A stretch of 64,000 bases of DNA from Planctomycetota bacterium. GTDB lineage: Bacteria > Planctomycetota > MHYJ01 > WSZJ01. The notes below the pieces were generated by a model that worked only from the letters and a program-made list of their open reading frames with translations, was not told the origin of the DNA and did not search any database. The stretch lies in contig JBBTCT010000005.1 of the NCBI GenBank assembly GCA_038060895.1, positions 37,713 through 101,712 of the forward strand, written 5' to 3'. The translations under genes were made by a program, and so were the position numbers. Shown in pieces: positions 11,008 to 19,862 of this stretch (positions are counted from its first letter, which is position 1; each line of letters opens with the position of its first letter).

Positions 11008-12129
11008 TCACGGGCTGCGGCGTTCGAACCTCGAAGGCGCGAACGGATACGCCGTGTGCACGAAGTAGTTCTCGGGGATCGGGTTCCCTGCGATCCCGTA
11101 GACGGAGGGCCACTCGTCGCCTTTCGGAAGCAGCAGCGTGCCGAAGACCCGGTCGAGAAGCGGCAGGTGCACGGCGAAATTCCTGTCGATGGCGCGTTCT
11201 TCGGCGGCGTGGTGCCAATGGTGAAAGCGCGGCGTGGCGATGACGTGATCGAGCCAGCCGAAGCGGAAGCGGACGTTGGCGTGGATGAAGACCGCATGGA
11301 AGGAGACGAAGAACAGGTAGGCGAAGACGGGCTTTTCGCCGAAACCGAGGACGTAGAGCGGCACGAACGTGAAGGCGCGCACGAGGACGATGTCCACGAG
11401 GTGCAGGCGGGACCCTGCGATCCAATCCATGCTTTCGCAGGAATGGTGGATGGCGTGAAAGCGCCAGAGGAACGGAAGCCGATGCTCGAAGCGATGGATC
11501 CAGTACTCGCAGAAATCGGCGACGAACAGGATCTCGATGAACTGGAGCCAGCCGGGCTGGGACGCGACGGCGTGCTGGAGGCCGGCGTTGACGGCCCACG
11601 CGAAGAAGACGCGCGCCGGGGCGAGGGTGAGAAAAACGCTCACCTGCACGAGCATGTGACTCACGAAGAAGTGGGCGAGATCTGTCCGCCAGCCCTTCCG
11701 GAACACGCCCTGCTCGCGGATCCGCGCGAAGAAGCGCTCCATCGGGACGAAAATGAAGGCCAGGAAGAAGAGGTTGAGGAGAAACCAGTCGAGCCCGAAG
11801 TAGGCGGTCTGCTGCACCGGGCGTTCGGGGATGGTCGATCCGCCCATCAGGACGGCGGCCGTGGCGAGCCCGATTCCAAGGCCGCCCAGGATTTTCCGTT
11901 TGCGCAGGACGATGCTGACGAGGCCGAAAACCAGCGCCCCCACGAGAACGAAGTGCAGCAGCGCTCTCAAAAAGTGAAGCGGAACCGCGTTCCGGACCTC
12001 CGGCGTCGTCAGCGCTTCGGGAAAGAGGAAGCACAGGACGCCTCCCATTCCCATCGCTCCGAGCACCGCGGACAGGACGCCGCTGATCCAGCCGGAGCCG
12101 AGGTGTTTCGGCGCCTCGGGCGCGATCAC
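11008..12129 (-). CDS. Sterol desaturase / fatty acid hydroxylase family membrane protein
   Basis: His boxes YWIHRFEH, FHAIHHS, FIHAN, FHHWHH; multi-TM. GTG start overlaps the carF-like stop (GTGA). Confidence 0.88.
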   Translation of the reverse strand: MIAPEAPKHLGSGWISGVLSAVLGAMGMGGVLCFLFPEALTTPEVRNAVPLHFLRALLHFVLVGALVFGLVSIVLRKRKILGGLGIGLATAAVLMGGSTIPERPVQQTAYFGLDWFLLNLFFLAFIFVPMERFFARIREQGVFRKGWRTDLAHFFVSHMLVQVSVFLTLAPARVFFAWAVNAGLQHAVASQPGWLQFIEILFVADFCEYWIHRFEHRLPFLWRFHAIHHSCESMDWIAGSRLHLVDIVLVRAFTFVPLYVLGFGEKPVFAYLFFVSFHAVFIHANVRFRFGWLDHVIATPRFHHWHHAAEERAIDRNFAVHLPLLDRVFGTLLLPKGDEWPSVYGIAGNPIPENYFVHTAYPFAPSRFERRSP

Positions 12130-12836
12130 GCTGCGAAGTCCGGCGAGGCCGCGGGCGCTTCTCCCTCGGCCGACTTCGGAACGCCGGCCGCGACGAGAAC
12201 TCGCTCGGCCGCTTCCCAGAACCGGATCTTCTCCATCAGCACGTTCGCCCAGCCGTTCGTGACGCAGTAGTGGCGCGCGTACGGCGGCGCATGGTGGACG
12301 GCGTGATGCGACGGCGTGAGAACGAGGCGGCACTTCTGGAGGAAGCGCGCCAGGGCGTTCGGCGACGGCTCGTGGGCCCAGCGGTGGAACTGGTTGGTGG
12401 CGACGGTGCCGAGGCACAAACTGACGAGGGTTGCGTAGACGAAGAGCCACGCATCGGACGCCGCAGGATCGATCGCGAGGAGAGAAGCGCCCACGGGGGC
12501 GACGGCGACGCAGTTGCTCCCGTTGAGCTCGAGGAAGTGGTGGCGCGTGATGCTGAGCGGGTCGCGGTGGTGTTCGCGGAACGACCGGATCAGAAGCGGG
12601 CCGAGGACCGGCGTGTCCTCCTCGAAGAACGTATCGCAGAACCAGTGGGCGAATCCCGTTGCGAAATCCGAGAGCACGTAGCCGAGAGGCACGGCAAGTG
12701 TGATCAGCGCCGTGCGCGACGCGGATGTGAACTCGTGGCCGAGGCGCTCGATCGCAACCGCGATGAAGAACGTCCAGGCCGCGACGCCGAATGCGTCGAG
12801 GAGCCATGCGTAGCGCGGAGGCGGGGCGGCGGACAT
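12126..12836 (-). CDS. carF: CarF/TMEM189 (plasmanylethanolamine desaturase-like) family protein
   Basis: DFATGFAHWFCDTF, FREHHRDP, TNQFHRWAH, HHAVHH.PYARHYCVTNGWAN are the His motifs of the TMEM189/CarF/FAD4 family. Confidence 0.85.
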   Translation of the reverse strand: MSAAPPPRYAWLLDAFGVAAWTFFIAVAIERLGHEFTSASRTALITLAVPLGYVLSDFATGFAHWFCDTFFEEDTPVLGPLLIRSFREHHRDPLSITRHHFLELNGSNCVAVAPVGASLLAIDPAASDAWLFVYATLVSLCLGTVATNQFHRWAHEPSPNALARFLQKCRLVLTPSHHAVHHAPPYARHYCVTNGWANVLMEKIRFWEAAERVLVAAGVPKSAEGEAPAASPDFAA

Positions 12837-12892
12837 GCCGGAATTCTAAACGCGGTCTTCCGGGCGAATCGCGCTAAACCGCGCGCCGCCGG

Positions 12893-13861
12893 TCAGGGGG
12901 CTTTCGAGAGAATCAGCTTCCCGTCTTTCATGGAACACCGGATACCTGCCTGGAATGAGAGCAGGTCCAGGATTCTGTCTGCCGTCAGGTCCTTTACGGG
13001 CAGCGACACCTTTGGATTCGGGCAGTCCTTCTCTTTCACGAATTCCACGAGCAGGAACTGAGCCAGGAAGCCCGTCGCCTCCTCGACAGAAATCGCCTCG
13101 AAGTCGAGCTTCGCCCAGGCGGAGTCGGCCGGAGCCCCTTCAGCACTCATGTCGACACGCGTTGTCCCGAATTTGTAGAACGCGAACACATCCGCTTCCG
13201 GTGCGCCCGCCGGAACCCGCATCACCGGGAACGCACGGAGGGCCTTTGCTCTTTCCGGCGTCACGAGCACCACGACGCCATACCGGTAGAACAGGCTCCC
13301 TCCAGCCGCCTCTCTGATCTTTTCGAGGGCGTCTTTCGAGGTCATTTCGCCGGTCAGCGACACGGGCCGACCCCCGAGCTCCGCGGATTGGATGTCGAGC
13401 ACCACGGGCTGCTTCGTCTCCCTGCGAAGCGCGGCGAGCGCCTTCGACACGGTGGAATCGTGGAGGTCCATTCGAACCATCTCCCTTTCCACCAGCCGGC
13501 GCGAATTTGAAGATTGCGAGCTTTCTTCCCCGCCGCTCAGATCCTCGATCTTCATGTAGATCTTGCCGACGACCGCAGGTTCCTCACGGTACTCCAGGAT
13601 CGCCTGCAGTAGTTCGATGGCCTCCTCTGCCTTACCGCTCTCCGCCACTCGCACCGCCAGCTCGTACTTCGCCTCCAGGACCAGCGCCCTGTCGCGTCTG
13701 CACCGGTCATGCAACTCCTCCAGGACCTTCTGAGAACCGGCCACGTCGCCCGAATCGGACATCTTGCGTGACCGCGCCATCGCTTCGGAGAACGGCTCCT
13801 CGGTACGCACGGAGGCGCCCGTCAGAGCCACGATGACGACCGCCTCGATGAATCTCTTCAT
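12893..13861 (-). CDS. Secreted hypothetical protein with TPR-like and STN/secretin-N-like repeats
   Basis: Signal peptide MKRFIEAVVIVAL, helical TPR-like stretch, two repeats of the type PVSL....T..DAL..I / VSLPVKDLTADRILDLL. Confidence 0.55.
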   Translation of the reverse strand: MKRFIEAVVIVALTGASVRTEEPFSEAMARSRKMSDSGDVAGSQKVLEELHDRCRRDRALVLEAKYELAVRVAESGKAEEAIELLQAILEYREEPAVVGKIYMKIEDLSGGEESSQSSNSRRLVEREMVRMDLHDSTVSKALAALRRETKQPVVLDIQSAELGGRPVSLTGEMTSKDALEKIREAAGGSLFYRYGVVVLVTPERAKALRAFPVMRVPAGAPEADVFAFYKFGTTRVDMSAEGAPADSAWAKLDFEAISVEEATGFLAQFLLVEFVKEKDCPNPKVSLPVKDLTADRILDLLSFQAGIRCSMKDGKLILSKAP

Positions 13862-13981
13862 CCTGGTCTCCCGTGAAATGAGCGTGGCTTCAGGAATCCT
13901 CGCTGTTGACCCGTCGCCCCTCGCCGGCGGCTTCGACTCGGCATTCGACAGCGCCCGGCCTCGCCCGTAGCATTCGATCCG

Positions 13982-14647
13982 GTGATCCGCTTCGACGACG
14001 TCCGCAAAGTCTACACGCAGGGCGCCCGCGAAGTCCGCGCTCTCGACGGGCTCACGCTGCACGTTCCACGCGGCGAGTTCCTGGCGGTGATGGGACCGTC
14101 GGGAAGCGGCAAGTCGACCTTCCTGCACCTGTCCGGCGGACTGGATCTCCCTTCCTCGGGAACCGTGACTCTCGACGGGCAGAATACCGCGACGCTCGGG
14201 GACGACGGGCTCACGATGCTCCGACGGCGGAAAATCGGGTTCGTCTTCCAGTTTTTTAACCTGATGCCGACGCTGCGCGTAGTCGAAAACGTGGCGCTCC
14301 CCCTGCTGCTGGACGGCAAGGGCACCGCGTCGGCCATGCCGAAGGCCGCGGCGCTCCTGGAACGCGTCGGGCTGACGTCCCGAATCGACCACTTTCCGGA
14401 CGAGCTCTCCGGCGGCGAAATGCAGCGGGTCGCGATCGCGCGCGCGCTGGTCATCGACCCGGCGCTGGTGCTGGCGGACGAGCCGACCGGGAACCTGGAC
14501 AGCGCGACCGGACGCGGGATCCTGGAATTGCTCAAGGAAGTCGCCGAGAAGGAAGGCCGCACGATCGTCATGGTGACGCACGACGAAGCGGCCGCAAAGT
14601 TCGCGCAGCGCACGGCGCGTCTCCGGGACGGGAAGCTGGACGCGTGA
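13982..14647 (+). CDS. ABC transporter ATP-binding protein (LolD/MacB-like)
   Basis: GPSGSGKST, IGFVFQFFNL, LSGGEMQRVAIARAL, LADEPTGNLD, VTHD. Confidence 0.95.
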   Translation: MIRFDDVRKVYTQGAREVRALDGLTLHVPRGEFLAVMGPSGSGKSTFLHLSGGLDLPSSGTVTLDGQNTATLGDDGLTMLRRRKIGFVFQFFNLMPTLRVVENVALPLLLDGKGTASAMPKAAALLERVGLTSRIDHFPDELSGGEMQRVAIARALVIDPALVLADEPTGNLDSATGRGILELLKEVAEKEGRTIVMVTHDEAAAKFAQRTARLRDGKLDA

Positions 14648-17217
14648 AGACTCTCCTTCGTTTCTTCTCGGCGCGTCACATCGCGAAGCACCCGATCCGG
14701 GCGCTCCTTGGCGCCGCTTCGGTCGCGCTGGGCGTCGCTCTGTATGTCTCGATCGACACTGCGAACACTTCCATCGCAGCCGCCTTCGAGAAATCGGTGA
14801 ACGACCTCGCCGGGAAGGCGGAGCTCCAGGTGACGACGGCGGAGGGCATCGGCGTCGATGACGGGGCCCTCGCAAAGATCAAATCGGTGCCCGGGACGAT
14901 CGCGGCGCCGGTCATCCACCGGGCCGTGACGTTTCCCGGGCTCGCGGATCCACAGATCCTGGCCATCGGCGTCGATTTCCAGTCGGACGCGCTTCTGCGC
15001 ATGTATTCCTTCGAAGGCGCGGCCTCGGACCCGAAGGAGTTCGTCGCGGCGGCCTTCGTGCCCAACGCGATCGTGCTGACGAAGCGGTACGCGGAGCGCA
15101 ACGGGATCGCGAAGAAGGCGAAGCTGAAGGCCTCCACCCCGCTCGGGCTCCGCACCCTCGTGGTGACGGGGCTGATGGAGGACGAGGGCCCGGCGAAGGC
15201 GATGGGCGGGAACGTCGGCGTGATGTCGATTGCGGCGGCGCAGGAGTTGTTCGGCATGAAGGGCCGCTTCGACCGGATCGAGGTGGCTCCGGACGGGATC
15301 GGCGTCGACGAGTTGACGCAGCGCGTCAAGAGCGCGCTCGGGCCCGGGTACGACGTCCGCCGCCTGTCGCGCAAGAGCACGGCCGTCGAGATCGCGCTCG
15401 CGCGCCTGCGCTCGATGATCGTCATCTCCGCCATCGCGCTCGTCGTCGGGCTCTTCATCATCTACAACTCCGTCTCCATCTCCGTCGTCGAGCGCGTCCG
15501 CGAGATCGGGATCCTGCGGTCGCTGGGGGCGAAGCGCGGCCAGATCCTTTCGACGGTGATCCTCGAGTGGGCGCTGATCGGAGCGCTGGGGAGCTGCGCC
15601 GGGCTGGCGGGTGGATTCCTGATGTCGAAGATCCTCGTTCCGCGCGCCTCGGGCGCCGTGAACATGTTTGCGTTCGCCGTCCGCGTCGAGGACATCGTCT
15701 TTTCCTGGAGCGGCGCCGCCGTGGCGGTGCTCGCAGGCACGCTGACCGCGGCGGCCGCGGCCTTCTTCCCCGGGATCGCCGCGATGTCCGTCACGCCGAT
15801 CGGGCTCCTGCGCCAGGGCACCTACCAGTACCGCCAGACCCCGAGATTCCGGGCCGCGTTCTTCGCCGGGATCCTCCTCCTGGCGGCCGGGGTCATCACG
15901 CTGGTCGCAGGGAACGACCGCCTCCACCCGTACGTCCTGCTCGCCATCACCACGATCGCCTTTTTCGCCATCGCGCTCTGCGGCCCCCAGTGCACCACCT
16001 GGCTTGCGCGCGCAACACGGCCGCTTCTCTGGCGCATCTTCCGCATCGAAGGCTCCCTCGCCGCCGACGACCTCGCCAAATTCCCGCAGCGCACGGGCCT
16101 CACCGTCGCCGCATTCGGCGGAGCGATCTCGATCCTCGTCGCGTCCGCTTCCCTCGTCGAGTCGTTCCGTGCTTCGACGGAGCGCTGGATGGAAGTTTCG
16201 TTCCCGTTCGACCTCTCGCTGAATTCCTCGGACCTCTCGACGTCGTTCTACAGCACGAGCGCGTTCGGGGAAGAGGTCCTGGAGGCGTCGCGGAAGGTCG
16301 AGGGCGTCGAGGCTGCCTACGGCGTCCGCTCGACCACGATCCCATGGGGCGACCTCGAGATCATGCTGATCGCCATCGACATGGACGAGTTCTTCACGAT
16401 GCACCGCGCCCACGGCACGAAGGGCGGCCCTCTCGACCTCGACCGCCCGGAGATCAGGAGAGCGCTCGCTTCAGGCGAAGGCATCCTCATCTCCGAGAAC
16501 CTGGCGGCGCTGGACCGTCTCGCGCCTGGGGACACACTCGAGCTCGCGACGCCGGCCGGGGGAAGGAGCTTCAAGGTCCTCGCGAGCATCGAGGACTACT
16601 CCTGGCCGCTCGGCACAGTCTGCGTGGACCGGGAGGCGTACAAGCGAATCTGGGGCGACGCGACGCTGAGCTACGTCGACGTCCGCCTCGCACCGGGCGC
16701 CGATCCGCAGAAAACCCGCGCTCGACTTGCCGATTCCGTGAAGAACCTCTCGACCATCTTCGTTTACTCCGTCCCCGAGCTCCAGGCGGTCGGAAGCGGT
16801 TTCTTCGACCAGGTGCTCGCCCTCACGCGCGTGCAGGTCTTCCTCGCGCTCATCATCGGCTTCCTCGGCATCGTGAACACCCTGCTCATCTCCGTCCTCC
16901 TCCGAACCCGCGAGATCGGCCTCCTCCGCGCCGTCGGCGCCACCCGCGCGCAGATCCGCCGGAGCGTTGTCGTCGAATCCGTCATGATCGCCCTCGCGGG
17001 AAGCGCGCTCGGCGTCGCCGCGGGTCTCGCCGGCGCCGCCTGGCCGATCCGCCTCTTCATTCTCCGCATGGCCGGCTTCTGGTTCCCGCTCGAAATCCCC
17101 TGGGGGGACATCGGCCTGGCGCTGCTTGCGGGAGCGGTCCTCGGCGTCGTCGCGAGCCTGGTGCCAGCGCGAAGGGCTTCGCGGATGAACGTGCTGGATG
17201 CGATCAGCTATGAGTGA
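14644..17217 (+). CDS. ABC transporter permease, duplicated FtsX/MacB type
   Basis: Two repeats of ER.REIGILRSLGA / RTREIGLLRAVGA with periplasmic domains, C-terminal PARRAS...AISYE. Coupled to the ATPase gene. Confidence 0.92.
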   Translation: MKTLLRFFSARHIAKHPIRALLGAASVALGVALYVSIDTANTSIAAAFEKSVNDLAGKAELQVTTAEGIGVDDGALAKIKSVPGTIAAPVIHRAVTFPGLADPQILAIGVDFQSDALLRMYSFEGAASDPKEFVAAAFVPNAIVLTKRYAERNGIAKKAKLKASTPLGLRTLVVTGLMEDEGPAKAMGGNVGVMSIAAAQELFGMKGRFDRIEVAPDGIGVDELTQRVKSALGPGYDVRRLSRKSTAVEIALARLRSMIVISAIALVVGLFIIYNSVSISVVERVREIGILRSLGAKRGQILSTVILEWALIGALGSCAGLAGGFLMSKILVPRASGAVNMFAFAVRVEDIVFSWSGAAVAVLAGTLTAAAAAFFPGIAAMSVTPIGLLRQGTYQYRQTPRFRAAFFAGILLLAAGVITLVAGNDRLHPYVLLAITTIAFFAIALCGPQCTTWLARATRPLLWRIFRIEGSLAADDLAKFPQRTGLTVAAFGGAISILVASASLVESFRASTERWMEVSFPFDLSLNSSDLSTSFYSTSAFGEEVLEASRKVEGVEAAYGVRSTTIPWGDLEIMLIAIDMDEFFTMHRAHGTKGGPLDLDRPEIRRALASGEGILISENLAALDRLAPGDTLELATPAGGRSFKVLASIEDYSWPLGTVCVDREAYKRIWGDATLSYVDVRLAPGADPQKTRARLADSVKNLSTIFVYSVPELQAVGSGFFDQVLALTRVQVFLALIIGFLGIVNTLLISVLLRTREIGLLRAVGATRAQIRRSVVVESVMIALAGSALGVAAGLAGAAWPIRLFILRMAGFWFPLEIPWGDIGLALLAGAVLGVVASLVPARRASRMNVLDAISYE

Positions 17218-17253
17218 AGAAGAAGCCAGATCCAATCCCCCAGGAAGGAATTC

Positions 17254-18186
17254 ATGAGGAATTACGGATCCGCTTTTCGCTTCGCTTTTGTTCTGCCGGT
17301 GCTTGCGGCCTGCGCCGTCGCACAGGAGAGCGGAGGACCGGAGACTCCCCCACCGACCTCCGGGGCGGGTTTCGCGACACCCCTCGCCGCCTTCAATGCT
17401 GCCGCGGAAGGCGAGCGCGCAAAGGACTGGGGCGCGGTCTTCGACAGCTATCTCCCCGATGACCGCTGCCTGGTTCTCGCCAGCGCAATGTTCCTGTGCC
17501 GGGTGTCCGCGCAAACGAGTGGCCGCAGCGACACCCAGCTCGCAGAGCTCAACGAATTGCTGAATGACGCCGGGGCAAAGCACGAGTCTCAAGGCACAAC
17601 CGCACTCGATGACGCCGCACTTGCCGCGGAGGCCTACTCCTCCGTCAACGATGCCCGAGCCCTATGGGTTTCGCTTCGAATCTGGTTTGAGAAAAACGAA
17701 GCGCTTCACGAACCCTCCCGATTTCTCGGAAAGATCGGTGAAATCAGCGAGGAGGACGGCGCTGCACACGGAGTCGTGTCCCTGGTCGGCGGTGGAGTGG
17801 CGGGGATCTGGTTCCAGAAATCCGGTGGGCGCTGGTTCATCAGCAAGAGCGCCAAGCTGGAAAGTGAAAGGCGAACTCGCGCTCGAAAAGACATTCATGA
17901 CATCTCCCTGCAGGTGAAACTATTCCGGCTTGAGCAAGCCCGGTGGCCTCAAAGTCTCGAGGAACTGGTGAAACGCCCCGCGGATCTGAAGGATTGGCCC
18001 GCGGATGGATATCTGCAGGATGTCCCCAGTGACCCATGGGGCGGGGCATATGTCCTCAAACTGCCAGGCAGGGACGGCAGGGATTTCGAAGTGATCGCCT
18101 ACGGCATGGACAAGAAGCCCGGAGGAGAAGGCCGGGACAAGGACCTGTCTGGCACCTACGAGCGAGAAGCTCCCGAAAAGAAATGA
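17254..18186 (+). CDS. Lipoprotein with NTF2-like N domain fused to a GspG (T2SS major pseudopilin)-like C domain
   Basis: Lipobox LAAC; C-terminal DI..I...VKLFRL...RWP..LEELV..P....W...GYL..VP.DPWG..Y....PG.....FEVIAYGMDKKPGGEG.DKD. Confidence 0.75.
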   Translation: MRNYGSAFRFAFVLPVLAACAVAQESGGPETPPPTSGAGFATPLAAFNAAAEGERAKDWGAVFDSYLPDDRCLVLASAMFLCRVSAQTSGRSDTQLAELNELLNDAGAKHESQGTTALDDAALAAEAYSSVNDARALWVSLRIWFEKNEALHEPSRFLGKIGEISEEDGAAHGVVSLVGGGVAGIWFQKSGGRWFISKSAKLESERRTRARKDIHDISLQVKLFRLEQARWPQSLEELVKRPADLKDWPADGYLQDVPSDPWGGAYVLKLPGRDGRDFEVIAYGMDKKPGGEGRDKDLSGTYEREAPEKK

Positions 18187-18247
18187 CCCTATCCGGAAAA
18201 TCGTCATACTTCCGGCTCGCCAAAACCCCTCTCAGGAGACCTCCGCG

Positions 18248-18895
18248 ATGAAGCACCTCCTCCTCGTCCTGTTGTCCATCGTCGTCCTCGCATCGTGCGG
18301 CAAGGGCGACTCTTCCAGCGGCGCCCCGGCCCCTTCCGGCGGCAAATCCAGCACCGGGACAGAAGGCAGCGGTTCGTCAGCATCGTCCGCAGGCGCAGCG
18401 ACTCCGCAGGAGGCCTTCGACAAGGCGAAAGCCGCGGGCGAGAAGAAGGACTACGGCGGGCTCTACGACATCGTCTGCCCGGATGAGACCGACATGCTCG
18501 TGTTCGCCGCGATGATGATCGGCGCGTTCTCGACCATGGGGGACGAGGCGAAGGCCAAGGAATTCGAAGCGATTTCGAAGAAGTACAACCTCCCGGATGC
18601 GAAGGACGGCCCGAAGGTCGACATGAACGACAAGGCGGCGATGAAGAGGGGGCTTGCCGAGATCTTCAAGGACGTAAAGGACAAGCGCGGGTTTTTCGTC
18701 GAAGTTTTCACCTGGGAAGCGAAGACCGCGAAACCCGGGAGCGAAGCGAAGTTGAACATCACCGGCACGCTCAAGGACATGAAGGAAACCGGCGACGCGG
18801 CGACGGCGACGATGGTCGAGGCGGACCAGAAGGAAAAGCCGATGGCGTTCAAGAAGTACCAGGGGCGCTGGTACATGAGCATGCCCGGACAGTAG
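18248..18895 (+). CDS. Lipoprotein, NTF2-like/DUF4878-like
   Basis: Lipobox LASC, Ser/Gly linker, ATPQEAF...GDAATA...FKKYQGRWYM. Paralogous to the N domain of 17254. Confidence 0.7.
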   Translation: MKHLLLVLLSIVVLASCGKGDSSSGAPAPSGGKSSTGTEGSGSSASSAGAATPQEAFDKAKAAGEKKDYGGLYDIVCPDETDMLVFAAMMIGAFSTMGDEAKAKEFEAISKKYNLPDAKDGPKVDMNDKAAMKRGLAEIFKDVKDKRGFFVEVFTWEAKTAKPGSEAKLNITGTLKDMKETGDAATATMVEADQKEKPMAFKKYQGRWYMSMPGQ

Positions 18896-18897
18896 GA

Positions 18898-19719
18898 CTA
18901 ACGGTCGGCGTTGTTCATCAATTCGCCGACGCCGCCGGCGCCCGGGACGATGTACTGCTTTCCGTTCAGCCCGCGCTCCCGGGCACCTTTTGAACCCGGG
19001 ACGCTCTTCAGCACGTCCGGCGCGGACATTCCCCTGTCGAGTCGCACTGCGTAAATCTCGACGGGGAGCCGGCTGGCCTTCACCGCCCGGATCGCTTCCG
19101 GCGTCACGATCAGGTGCATCGCGATGATCTTCGCCGGTTTTCCTTTCCGCAGGAGTTCGCGGACCGTTGCGAGCATCGAAGCGCCCGTGGCTCCCATCGG
19201 GTCGGGTATCAGGAAGATCGCTCCTTCGATCGGCCCCCCGATTTTCGAGCCGGAGAAATTAACTCCGACGACGCGCCCCTTCGCGTCGGTCTTCCGTTCC
19301 ATGAAGACGTGGTCCTGCCGGACGCAGGAAGGGTCCATCAGGAAATTGAGCGTCTCGTAGCAGACTTGCGAAGGCAGCGTGCCGGCCCGGGCAATGTTGA
19401 CGCACACGACGCGCGCCGCGGGGTCAACGGCTTCCCCGAGGAGGCGTGCTTCGGCGGGATGAAGCGCGGCCATGCGGGTCGGCTGATCGAGGGTGCGAAG
19501 CGGAAATTCGGCGGAGACGACGTGGGCGAGAAGGTCCTGGTAGAGGCGGCTGACGAGTTCGCCGAGAACAGGCTGGCCGGTTCCCGGGGAGCAGAGCCGG
19601 GCCAGGAGGGTCATCGCATACGGCGTGGAGACGATGTGAACGTGGGGTCCGTAGCGGTGGCGGAGTTCGGGGAGGGAGCGGGGGAGATTGCGGTGCGAGC
19701 GGTCAAAAGTGGGGGGCAT
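18898..19719 (-). CDS. upp: Uracil phosphoribosyltransferase-like protein (divergent)
   Basis: IARAG, PRPP loop IPDPMGATGASM, C-terminal LN.KQYIVPGAGGVGE. Confidence 0.75.
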   Translation of the reverse strand: MPPTFDRSHRNLPRSLPELRHRYGPHVHIVSTPYAMTLLARLCSPGTGQPVLGELVSRLYQDLLAHVVSAEFPLRTLDQPTRMAALHPAEARLLGEAVDPAARVVCVNIARAGTLPSQVCYETLNFLMDPSCVRQDHVFMERKTDAKGRVVGVNFSGSKIGGPIEGAIFLIPDPMGATGASMLATVRELLRKGKPAKIIAMHLIVTPEAIRAVKASRLPVEIYAVRLDRGMSAPDVLKSVPGSKGARERGLNGKQYIVPGAGGVGELMNNADR

Positions 19720-19736
19720 GGCGGAAGTCTAAGGGC

Positions 19737-19844
19737 AAATCCCAACTCCAACCCCAACTCCAACTCCAAATAACCGCTCTTCCATCCACTGGTCGTCGTA
19801 TCCGCTCGATCAGGACTTGTCCTTTGGGGTTGGAGTTGGGATTT
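19737..19844. repeat. Intergenic inverted repeat built from CCAACT/CCAACC hexamers
   Basis: Perfect 21-bp arms at 19737-19757 (AAATCCCAACTCCAACCCCAA) and 19824-19844. Confidence 0.8.
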
Positions 19845-19862
19845 ATCTTTCCCCTTCCTTCC

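Noticed and set aside
10784-12034. 1620-aa version of the cyclase and other long N-terminal extensions in the track (11008, 12893, 26082, 31256, 42618)
   Set aside because: The extensions overlap better-supported genes; internal starts have -10 or SD support.
19737-19844. CRISPR array or telomere-like repeat
   Set aside because: Only short degenerate hexamers; no repeat-spacer periodicity and no cas genes.
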